A stretch of 56,684 nucleotides of DNA, filler included, from Catajapyx aquilonaris (Eukaryota): assembly GCA_000934665.2 (NCBI GenBank). It is 2 parts of 2 records of this genome, joined end to end, with 100 filler letters (N's around TTAATTAATTAA, not from the genome) between each part and the next. Parts side by side here need not be neighbours in the genome. Positions count along the whole stretch, not along the records: positions 1 to 28,309 come from JYFJ02004937.1; 1 more part is not named here. One strand, given 5' to 3'. Made by a program: the position numbers and the translations under genes. Of this stretch, positions 1 through 8,732 are shown in pieces. How positions within the stretch are numbered: position 1 is the first letter of the stretch; every line of letters starts with the position of its first letter. Below the pieces are notes generated by a model, which was not told where the DNA came from, did not search any database, and saw only the letters and a program-made list of their open reading frames with translations.

Positions 1-149
1 CTAAAACATAGGGAGACAGGTTTTTTACGTACTTAGACGGTTTAGTTGAGGAGCTATCATTTTCGATTGTGTTTTTTCTGATATCAAACACTGTGCGGCG
101 GAAGCCGCGGAAAGGAGGGGGGGCACAAAATATATGGGCGAGTGGCCTT

Positions 150-823
150 CCGTTCGATTTGCCTGAAAATTGGATATGTTGTAGCCCAGACCATCCTGAT
201 CTATGTTAGATAGGGACATTTCGAGGTAGGACCTACAGGGAGCGAGGTATTGACCTCCGAAGGTCATATGGGATATGATGTGGTTTTCTGTTCGATTTGG
301 CTGAAAATTGGATATGTTGCAGCCCAGACCATCCTGATCAATGTTGGATAGGGACATTTCGAGGTAGGGCCTACAGGGAGCATGCTAATTGCTATTCATC
401 GAAGAGGCTAGAAGACTGCTGTGAGAGAAACCTCGCTTCCTTACATTGGCCCAATGAATGTTGAACTGTTGAAGTGCAGCTGGAGGAAACTCCAGATGAC
501 AACCTTCAAGGAGTAGAATTTGAACCAGATGAATAGGTAATAAAGATTCATAGATAAGTTAATGCAATAACCATTGAGTTCCTGAGACTTATTGTAGTAT
601 ATACTCCCCCTATTACCTGCGGAGGTCATTAGCATGCTCCCTGTAGGCCCTACCTCGAAATGTCCCTATCCAACATTGATCAGGATGGTCTGGGCTGCAA
701 CATATCCAATTTTCAGCCAAATCGAACGGAAAACCAGAGCATATCCCATATGACCTTCGGAGGTCAATAGCATGCTCCCTGTAGGTCCTACCTCGAAATG
801 TCCCTATCCAACATTGATCAGGA
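150..823. mobile_element. Foldback-like repeat: ~140-bp tandem units arranged as inverted arms (150-387 vs 629-823) around a ~240-bp spacer
   Basis: The unit TTCGATTTG(C/G)CTGAAAATTGGATATGTTG...GGGACATTTCGAGGTAGG.CCTACAGGGAGC occurs twice at ~152-243 and ~291-381, and as its reverse complement at ~631-727 and partially at ~770-823. The repeated peptide in ORF 25..357 just reflects this repeat. The element may extend past the left edge of the window. Confidence 0.7.
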
Positions 824-1777
824 TCAGGATTATGTATGCAGAGCTCAGCATGACTTAAACTTTAGAGGAAAAAAACTAGAACACATGTAAAATGTGAAAA
901 TTGTACTGCACATTTCCAACTTAAGAGGGGAAAAAGTGTCCAACTTAGCAACATTGCAAGGGATAGGCTTTTTGACGGTTCCAAAAATAATGTCCAACAT
1001 AGGGAGGTGGCCAACTTGATAGGTTTCACTGTACTTGGAACGCACTGTATATAAAATGCACATAAAAGTACTATAAGATGCACCAAGATCTTTGGCCTTT
1101 ATTACCAAGAGGGGCTACTGCTCGCTTATTCTGTTATGGTGGGCACTGTCTTCCTCTGACCATCTCTCGAATAAGGTCGCTGTTTTAATTATTATACTCC
1201 TGGAACGTTGGCCGTACCTGCAGTACTGTATAATAAGCTGTAGCATATTGCAGATATTATGTTATTAAAACCCACCATATCATTAGGAGTAAAGCCACCA
1301 TTCCAGGAAGCCTGGCAAGATTGCATCCAATGTCTAAATGTGTCCAACACTAAGCCAAGCTAAAATTGAGCTTTGCAAGTATGATTGACGTTCAAGATGT
1401 TTTCGCGACGGCACACTTCAGAATATGGAGATTCATTGTTATATAAAATCTTGCAATGTAATTTTTGAAAAGTACCAGTTCATATTAATTTTGCTATACT
1501 GTGTATGTAGTAGGCTACATGAAGAAAACAAGCCATCCTTTCTTGTCATTCTAGCTCCACATCGTCATGAGTTGGTGGCAGGAAAAGGACACACCTCGCG
1601 GTTATGTTATGCAGTGAACATGTGTACCAAAGTCCATTGTACACCTTATGTTTCAAAATATTATTGCAAGCGGTAGGCTACCCCAGTTATTAAACGATTG
1701 GAAAAAGATATAATATATTGTAAAGATCAAATTGTGCTGATGAACGTTATCCTGACTATATGAACTTCAGTAATTCA

Positions 1778-2374
1778 GAGAGTACTTGTTGGCCCAAAAC
1801 AAGTCAAAAATGTAGTGGGAAAGAAATTAATGTCGAGAGACCAACCGGTAACGAGATAGACGGCCAGACACATTAGCCTGCCCCTATACAGTATACACAT
1901 GCGGCAACACACGCGACTCCTTTTTGTAGGGAGAGCGCCTGGCAGATGGATCCGCTCCCCCGACAATAGTTGACTATAGTGGGAGAAGAATATAATCATT
2001 AGGGGCCGGTTTCACCAAGCCCGGTTTTCATAAAAAACCCGGTTCTTTCGGAAAATCCCTATTCTATTTGCAGGGATTTTCCGAAAGAACCGGGGTTTTT
2101 ATGAAAACCGGGCTTGGTGAAACCGGCCCTTAGTCTACTGATGGGATTTTGCGAGATCACCTCTTTTGCAGTCATGATAATAATCACTCTCATCTTTCTA
2201 TGTATCTATGGTAAGGAGAGCTGGTCCATCTGCCAGACGATCTCCCTACAGAAAAGTGTGGTGTGTGGTGCCGCGTGTGTCTAGGGACATGCCAATGTGT
2301 CTGGTCGTCTGCCTCGTTACAGGTTGGACACTCCCCCTACATTTTAGACTTGGTTTGGGCCAACGAGTGCGCTG
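1778..2374. mobile_element. Old MITE with ~180-bp degenerate inverted arms (about 1780-1960 and 2215-2372)
   Basis: GTACTTGTTGGCCCAAAACAAGTC...GTAGGGAGAGCGCCTGGCAGATGGA is mirrored by TCCATCTGCCAGACGATCTCCCTAC...GACTTGGTTTGGGCCAACGAGTGC, with scattered mismatches and indels. Confidence 0.75.
2003..2129. mobile_element. Young 127-bp palindromic MITE (GGGCC termini, PIF/Harbinger-like) nested in the older MITE
   Basis: Near-perfect hairpin GGGCCGGTTTCACCAAGCCCGGTTTTCATAAAAA... / ...TTTTTATGAAAACCGGGCTTGGTGAAACCGGCCC, flanked by direct TTAG at 1999-2002 and 2130-2133. The superfamily is inferred from the termini only. Confidence 0.85.
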
Positions 2375-2645
2375 CTACATACTAACACCTGCTAACACTA
2401 GTACGAAACACCCTGCATAATTATGACTCCATTGTCGATGCAATGTGCCAATTTAGAGCTAAAGACGCCTCCACAGTAAAATAGAATGCAAAATGTTTTC
2501 TTAGCAGCAAACATCGTTTATTTTGTTGTAGCCTTCAATTATATTTTTTTTGACCACCCTGGGAAGTCCCAAAGTGGGACAGGTGGCAGCGTCCCTCTTC
2601 ACATTCAAGGTAGGGAGCCTTGTCGGAGGTGGTGGAGTGAGTTTG

Positions 2646-3124
2646 TTACTCCTCCTGTTTGAGGTCTTCATCCTTCCCCAACCCTGATACGTTAGCGTTG
2701 ATGGGATTGTCTGATGTGATATCGGACTCTACCACTACCACCACGCTTTTCTTGGCTTCGGTCTGAGGATCCTCAGCGACCTCATCGGGGTTGGTCGTGG
2801 GGACAGCAGCTGGGCCTCCCTGCTGGCTCCCTTCTACTGACTCTGTTTGGGGCACCTGCTGCTGCGTCTGGGTGTGCTGCCTCACCATCGGATCCATAAC
2901 AATTTCGTCATCAATTATCTTACATAGGTGGTTGTACAACGTTTTGTTTGCCTTTATTAGTTTCAGGCAGATGGTCATCAAGGGCTGCACAGGATTCACA
3001 CCATACTGTAAATAGGGAAATCGTTTCTGGATATTATTGGTATATTGTCTTTTCACGGCATTGTGCTGGTGCGTGAGAGGTATTATGGACTTACCGTGAA
3101 AGTGGGTGTAGGTGCTCTTTCCAT
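2646..3124 (-). CDS. Small orphan protein (129 aa) with N-terminal BC-box-like motif and acidic/disordered C-terminus
   Basis: Coding exons 3124-3095 (MERAPTPTFT; start context CAAAACATGG, in-frame TGA upstream) and 3005-2646 (YGVNPVQPLMTICLKLIK...DLKQEE*). They are joined by an 89-bp phase-0 intron (ACG|gtaagt ... tttacag|TAT). There is an upstream acceptor ttcttgtag at 3173 and a minus-strand AATAAA at 2522-2517. Confidence 0.7.
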
Positions 3125-3286
3125 GTTTTGCCTTTTTCAATCAGCAATAAGTAAGTCGCCTTCACTTAGAAGCTACAAGAACTGAAGTGTTGTTTACAGA
3201 GCTGTTTTGCCAGGCAACTCAGGGTGCCAACTGGAAACAGTGGCACACTCAAATATTATTACAGTCAGGCTACGAAATAACGGCTA

Positions 3287-3736
3287 CACGGTAAACCGCA
3301 AACTGAGTCTGGCATGGAGCATAAATTTTTAATGTTCTTTAATGCTATTTTAATGCTTCGTGGATTATGTAATATTTTTTGTTGCTAAAAAGCAACAAAA
3401 GCATAACAACAGCATCGCAAGATCATTAACAAAATTAATAGTTTCTCCGTGGGTGATGCTCTTTTAATGCTTCACGGTTTTTAGTGTACGGTACTGTACA
3501 CTGTAAACCGCAAAACATTAAAAGAGCATTATTGGTGAGTGTCCCATGGAACATCAATTTTTAATGCAATTCTAATGCTCTTGTGATGCTTTTGCAATGC
3601 TCTTTTAATGCTTTTGTTGCTTTTCAGAACTGAAAACATTAAAAGAGCGTCACAAGGGCATTAAAAATTGGTTTTCCATGGGTGGTGGTCGTTTCATGCT
3701 CCTTTAATGCTTTGTGGCGGTCTGCGGTTTACAGTA
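3287..3736. mobile_element. Two tandem degenerate TIR elements (CAC(T/G)GTAAACCG termini, TA-flanked; CMC/EnSpm-like) with internal CCCATGG inverted repeats
   Basis: TA-CACGGTAAACCG (3287) ... CGGTTTTTAGTG-TA (3486) and TA-CACTGTAAACCGCA (3499) ... TGCGGTTTACAGTA-TA (3736). The second contains CCCATGGAACATCAATTTTTAATGC (3543) / GCATTAAAAATTGGTTTTCCATGGG (3682). Internal TTTTAATGC repeats are present. Confidence 0.6.
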
Positions 3737-3920
3737 TAGTCCCCCCCCCCCCNCCCCCCCCCCCCAGTTTCCATTTTGCTGCACTTTATCATTGTCTGCC
3801 GCGATTTTTTGATGTCCGCTATCACACCATTTTATAACGACGTGCTGTCGTGCTGTATTTACGACAGCAGCGCAGCGGTTCGAAGTTCCCGGTTCGGACT
3901 CATCGCCACGTTGTTGATTT

Positions 3921-3932
3921 TGTGACGTCACA
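3921..3932. promoter_or_regulatory. CRE/ATF palindrome in the putative promoter of the minus-strand small gene
   Basis: TGTGACGTCACA (full CRE core TGACGTCA) in a CpG-rich stretch upstream of the gene. Confidence 0.45.
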
Positions 3933-4524
3933 TCGCCATTTCCCTGGCGAACGAAAACTGACAAAATCTTAAGTGGAAGGCTGGAGAAGGGGCAAGAGGG
4001 TGTTAATCTCTGTCAAATTAGACTGGGGGCCAATTTTGCTCCGTAAGATTATAGTACCACAATAATTTTATTTCACTTGCATTATAAAAATGGTATTGTT
4101 CACCGCCACAACCGGAACTACTTCATTACAAAGCTTTGAGCTACAAAGGTCACTGCTCAAAACTGAACCCTACATCTTCACGCGTCCTAGGAAAGTTCAC
4201 CTTATTAGTTATTATAGGGTAGGCCTATAGTAAAATAGCAAATCACTTATGATAATGTCCTTCCACAAACTCAGAGACCAGTAATAATATTACGTGTTCG
4301 TGACGGTAATACCTGTTATGAGCATCCTAAGCCTAGTTTCAAACTTTATTTTGGGACGGTTTCCCTACGGCGCTGCGCTTATGTGACCTCCGAAGATGAA
4401 GAAAATATGCCGCCACCTTCTGTGTAGCCTCGCTAAGCCATGTTGTACAGTACGAACCACAGTTTAACCATGTTTACCATTAGATTAACTCAGTAGTTTT
4501 CCACAACAAAATAATATTCAAACA

Positions 4525-4742
4525 ATAATATTTCCAATTAGGTATAGATATTCACAATGAATAATCCGACATAATTGAATATTACTAATTTGAGTTGACC
4601 TCGGAGTTGATACAATCGGTCCTTAGCTCTTAGCGTAGGGCTAAGGACCGATTGTATCAACTCCGAGGTCAACTCAAATTAGTAATATCCAATTATGTTG
4701 GATTATTCATTGTGAATATCTATACCTAATCGGAAATATTAT
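4525..4742. mobile_element. ~220-bp palindromic MITE
   Basis: Arms of ~100 bp with only a few mismatches (core TATTACTAATTTGAGTTGACCTCGGAGTTGATACAATCGGTCCTTAGC / GCTAAGGACCGATTGTATCAACTCCGAGGTCAACTCAAATTAGTAATA) around a ~12-nt loop. Confidence 0.8.
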
Positions 4743-4746
4743 CCAA

Positions 4747-4786
<40 letters not shown>

Positions 4787-4933
4787 CCCGGAAGTTAGGT
4801 TGCCAGACACCTCCAAGGTGCAGGTTAGAGACCCTCCCGACGCAGGTGAAAGGGAACTCCCAGGCTAGGATCGAACCTGGGACCTTTCACCCAGCAAGCA
4901 GAGACGTTACCATCTCGGCCACCACACCTCCCC
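4747..4933 (-). mobile_element. tRNA(Ala)-like SINE with (TAA)n tail and 12-bp target site duplication
   Basis: The minus strand reads GGGGAGGTGTGGTGGCCGAGATGGTAACG...CTTGCTG...AGGTCCCAGGTTCGATCC (A box TGGCCGAGATGG, B box GGTTCGATCC), then a unique body and a (TAA)n tail at ~4784-4747. The TSD AATATTATCCAA is at 4735-4746 and 4934-4945. Confidence 0.85.
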
Positions 4934-5074
4934 AATATTATCCAACTTGTGCTCATGAAACCGGTCGTAAGTGTAAGTGGCACATAACAAAAAACGCCCT
5001 ATTTCGACGACACTAGTCATACTTATGTAATGTTACACGAATATAATTGTGATGGTCAATGTCATATCCTTCCA

Positions 5075-5190
5075 CGTCTGGTTCGAGAGAGGATTTTCTT
5101 ATGAGGAGAGAGCTTCGAGATGTTCTCTCCCTATTCGCGTGGGTTTTCTAGCCTGGGATATCCCGTTTCTTCCCACTATCAAAAAATTAC
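5075..5190 (+). mobile_element. Degenerate V-domain SINE-like fragment
   Basis: ATGTTCTCTCCCTATTCGCGTGGGTTTTCT...GGGATATCCCGTTTCTTCCCACTATCAAAA resembles the V-SINE core as I recall it (ATGTTCTCCCCGTG..CGCGTGGGTTT.CTCCGGGT.CTCCGGTTTCCTCCCACA.TCCAAA). A B-box-like GGTTCGAG lies upstream at ~5080. Confidence 0.55.
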
Positions 5191-5227
5191 ATTAGGTTGT
5201 GTCGGAGGGCGCCATGGGGCCCATGGC

Positions 5228-5335
5228 GGGAGCATGCAGGCAAACTCGAGCGAGAAAAGCGTTAGAGTCTATTATAACCGAGTCGGCTATAACCGACGCT
5301 TTTCTGTAACGCTCGAGTTTGCCTGCATGCCCCCT
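5228..5335. mobile_element. ~105-bp MITE/hairpin
   Basis: 21-bp perfect inverted repeat GCATGCAGGCAAACTCGAGCG (5232-5252) / CGCTCGAGTTTGCCTGCATGC (5310-5330), extended inward by AGAAAAGCGT/ACGCTTTTCT. Confidence 0.65.
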
Positions 5336-5826
5336 GATGCGATTTTAAAGACGTATCCACGTCAAAAATATATCTGACCCTTATAATGTGTCGTATTCAT
5401 TCTGAACTCTTCATTTCCTAATCCTTCGTTGCTTGGTCATAATTACTCTGGCGCGGGGACAATAAAGCCTGCTCCCGGCCTCTCCCTTTTTGATTTGTAA
5501 GCGACTCGACTAACGTTAGGAAATTCCTGGTAAAATTGCGCTGCATCACATCGCAATTATTTCTGCCACGAGGTGATATACCCTCATGTATACAGTATAG
5601 TGTCATGTACAGTACTTACTCTTACTTGTACATAAGAAATAGACAGGTCCGATATGATGCAGTTCAATTTTACCGCGGCTTTTTCTGGTCGAGAACAACA
5701 TTAGTGAGCATAATTATGCTGTTTATTAGAGTACAAATATGGACTTTGCTGAACTTGCATTTGGAACTGCGCATGTATCACATAGTATTTAAGGGTGGAA
5801 GTACAATTTCACAACAAGTCCATTAA

Positions 5827-6825
5827 CCCCTTCGCTACCAGCAGATAGGCCCGAACCACGTAGATTTTGGATGACGCGTACTCCGAAGATACGGACAAGA
5901 TATTTTACAAATAATAACATAGATCTGTACTTATCAGTTATCACATTCAGGGAAAACACTGTGAATGTGTCTGGAGCAATTTTACTCGTCTAGAAGTCCC
6001 TAAATTAATTTCCAAAAAAGGCAATAAAAACTGGAAATCCGAGTACCGGTACTTTATAATTGATATTTAAGAGGTTAGTCCAGCATTGCCTTTCAACCTA
6101 AAAAAAAAAAAAAAACGAGTACTGCCGACCAACTGTTAAGCTGATTTAATTATGAAATGCGTGAAAATATGCGGAATAACAACCTTGAGAACCATGCCAG
6201 ACGAATTTTCTGAACTCGTCGTACTTGGCGAGAAATAAATAAATACTAATTTGCGGCTTTGTGGCACGGAAAATAGCAAATAAATTTGAGAGTTTTCCGA
6301 AGTGCCAGAAAGCCGCTAATAAGTATGTGTTTATTTCTCGCAAAGTACGGACGAGTTCAGAAAATTCGTCTGGCATGGTTCTCAAGGTTGTTATTCCGCA
6401 ATTATTTTCACGCATTTCATAATTAAATCAGCCGAACAGTTGGTCGGCAATACTCGGATTTCCAGTTTTATCACATTTTTTTGGGATATTAATTTATTAG
6501 GGACTTCTAGACAAGTAAAAGTCTCGGATGCGGGGGAAAAAAGTGCGTAAGTAAAAAAAAAAATTTTTTTTTACTTATGCGCTTTTTCCTTCGAATCCGA
6601 GCACTCACCTCTATAAATAATCCACCTCATTGATAAGACTCGGATTCCGATGAAAAAGTGCGTAAGGAGAAAAAGAAAACATATTTTTGACTTATGCACT
6701 TTTTCCCTCGTATCCGAGAATTGTTCCAGCACATTCGTAGTGTTTTCCGTGAACGTGGTAAGTATATCTGTTATTATTTGTAAAATATCCAGTACGTGGT
6801 TCGGGCCTATCTGGCAGTAAATTGG
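5827..6825. mobile_element. Non-autonomous piggyBac-like foldback element (~1 kb)
   Basis: TTAA at 5823-5826 and 6826-6829. Termini CCCCTTCGCTACCAGCAGATAGGCCCGAACCACGTA / TACGTGGTTCGGGCCTATCTGGCAGTAAATTGG. The arms are self-complementary almost to the centre (~6280). No transposase ORF. Confidence 0.8.
6521..6719. mobile_element. ~200-bp MITE (TCTCGGAT termini, two internal hairpins) inserted in the right arm of the piggyBac-like element
   Basis: TCTCGGATGCGGGGGAAAAAAGTGC ... GCACTTTTTCCCTCGTATCCGAGA. It is absent from the mirror position in the left arm (~5975-5985). Confidence 0.75.
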
Positions 6826-7197
6826 TTAATAAAATATGCACCGCAAAACATTTTCCCCGCTCAGCTGGAGATGCCGTTGCACCACGTGTTATTTATGTAC
6901 GTAAGTGGCATCTGTACACGTAACGCAACTACCGCTCCACTATCTTATCATTCCTTCTACTAGTAGAACGCCACATGCATGAACTCCCGTGCGTAGGAGG
7001 GGGACCTTTATTGATGAAAGCTGACGCGAGATAAGGATAGTATCGAGGTAGCTACACCAATCGCTTATCAGCCGGCAAGAAGTGCATATTGGAGAGCAGC
7101 ACAGGCAGAGCCCTTTTCCAAGCTGCCTTTCGAAGCAGAAGGAACTCAACTTTTCCTCTCCTCTGGTCATAACGGGTGACCCTCTTTTTGAACAGTC

Positions 7198-7234
7198 TGT
7201 GACGTCACATTTTCGTCTGGGAATTCAGGTAACT
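7198..7234 (+). promoter_or_regulatory. CRE palindrome and nearby splice donor; candidate CBS promoter/first non-coding exon
   Basis: TGTGACGTCACA at 7198-7209 in a CpG-rich region, followed by CAG|gtaact at 7228/7229. The link to CBS is inferred from orientation only. Confidence 0.3.
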
Positions 7235-7979
7235 TGTAAACCTGTTTTGTTGCATGAGCATGTTTGTCAAGTATTGTTAGCCCCATTGTACAGTACATGT
7301 GAGGATCAATATATGAGAAAAGGGTGCGAGCTACGTCCTTTCTCGTCGATCGATGTAATATTACTATACGTCAATGCATGTGCCACGACGGATATTGCGT
7401 CAGACTTTTTTTCCCCCGGAACCATATGTGAAACCTTGGCGATCATTTTTGTTGGTCGAGTTTATGCGTGTTGAATTTGTGAGTGGCCCCATGAAAAACA
7501 CATGTGCTTCAATGTGGATTTGTGGGAATTGGCGGTTCATGCAGTTTAGGGATCTGTTTTGATTATCTCTGGCGTAAGTACAGGAAGCGCGCGTAAATGA
7601 CTGACGCATTACTGACTCGGGGTGTAATTTCATCAGCGGAGTCAAATTGCAGGATGTTGTTCTGACTATCAGGTGCCGATAGTGGCTGTAATTCTGGAAG
7701 TTTCATGTGTTGCAAAACATCTGTACATTGTTCTCGCTATGAACGTAGCTGACAGTGAGGAGGAAATATGTCGTGCTAATATAACATATGCAACACATTT
7801 GTCCATGAAAATTTATCGCTATTTCCATGTTCCTTAGGTCACTCGTAACTCATAATAACCATTTATTTTGTCTTCGATTTGTTTTTGACCTCGCGGCAGT
7901 AAAAAAAAAAACGAAATCCTCCAATATTGCAGTTTTTCCTCATCAAGTGCGCCTGAAGGTTGCTAGACCATCTCTGACT

Positions 7980-8732
7980 TGGCTGACAATAATCACATCT
8001 GTACACACCTATGCCATAACACTGCCTATCAAGTTTTAGCTAAATTACGAAATACCGTGGGGAGGGGAAAAAAATCGCGAAATTTCGGAAATTGGGCCTT
8101 TTGCGGATAATTTATTTCGGTTAGTGGAAATTGAAAAAACCTAATCAACATATACATCAAATGAAATAGAAACACCAGGAGAATGCGCCGATGTAATTTG
8201 TTTTCCTCTGAAATGTAACCAGAAAAACGTGTGTGGCATTTCATCAGTCACATGTCCAAGAATTTGGCCCAATCAAAATTAGTGGTAATTCGGCAAAACA
8301 TCAATTATTTTCTCGCGAGTCATGCATGACCCAGGATTGAAACAGAACATTTAAATCTTGTGCGGGTAACAACAACTGTCACCAGATATGGCTGCTCTTA
8401 AAACAAATACATCACTAATTATTGGGGTCTAAATACTTGGACATGGTGCTGAGCATGTGACCGATGGAATGCCCCATTGGTTTTTCTGGGTGGATTTTCC
8501 AGAAAACCAAATTTCATAGCCGCATTTCCCTTGTGTTTCTCTTTCATTTGATGTGTATGTTGATTGGGGTTTGACCGCTTGCAATATGCGAAGAAAATTA
8601 TCCAAAGAAGTCCCCATTTTCAAAATTTCGCGATTTTTTCCCCCTCCGCACGGTATTTCGCAATTTGGCTGAAACTTGATATGCAGTGTTATGGCATATG
8701 TGTGTACAGCAGATCTGTGATTATTTTCAGCA
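7980..8732. mobile_element. Non-autonomous TIR element with ~130-bp degenerate inverted arms
   Basis: AATAATCACATCTGTACACACCTATGCCATAACACTGC...AAAAAAATCGCGAAATTT (7988-8084) mirrors AAATTTCGCGATTTTTT...GCAGTGTTATGGCATATGTGTGTACAG...GTGATTATT (8623-8724). Confidence 0.65.

Noticed and set aside
25..357. 110-aa ORF with an internally repeated peptide
   Set aside because: It is the translation of the 140-bp DNA repeat, with no recognisable protein features.
2646..3140. 164-aa ORF as listed (TTG start, MKKAKHG...)
   Set aside because: Its first ~45 residues read through a canonical 89-bp intron; the spliced ATG model fits better.
3741..3764. Long C/G homopolymers containing a single N (also ~9192-9210 and ~49460-49473) as G-quadruplex candidates
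   Set aside because: The embedded N shows the run length is unresolved, so no functional claim is supportable.
4860..4933. Possible tRNA-Ala gene
   Set aside because: No proper acceptor stem or terminator; the body, (TAA)n tail and TSD identify it as a SINE.
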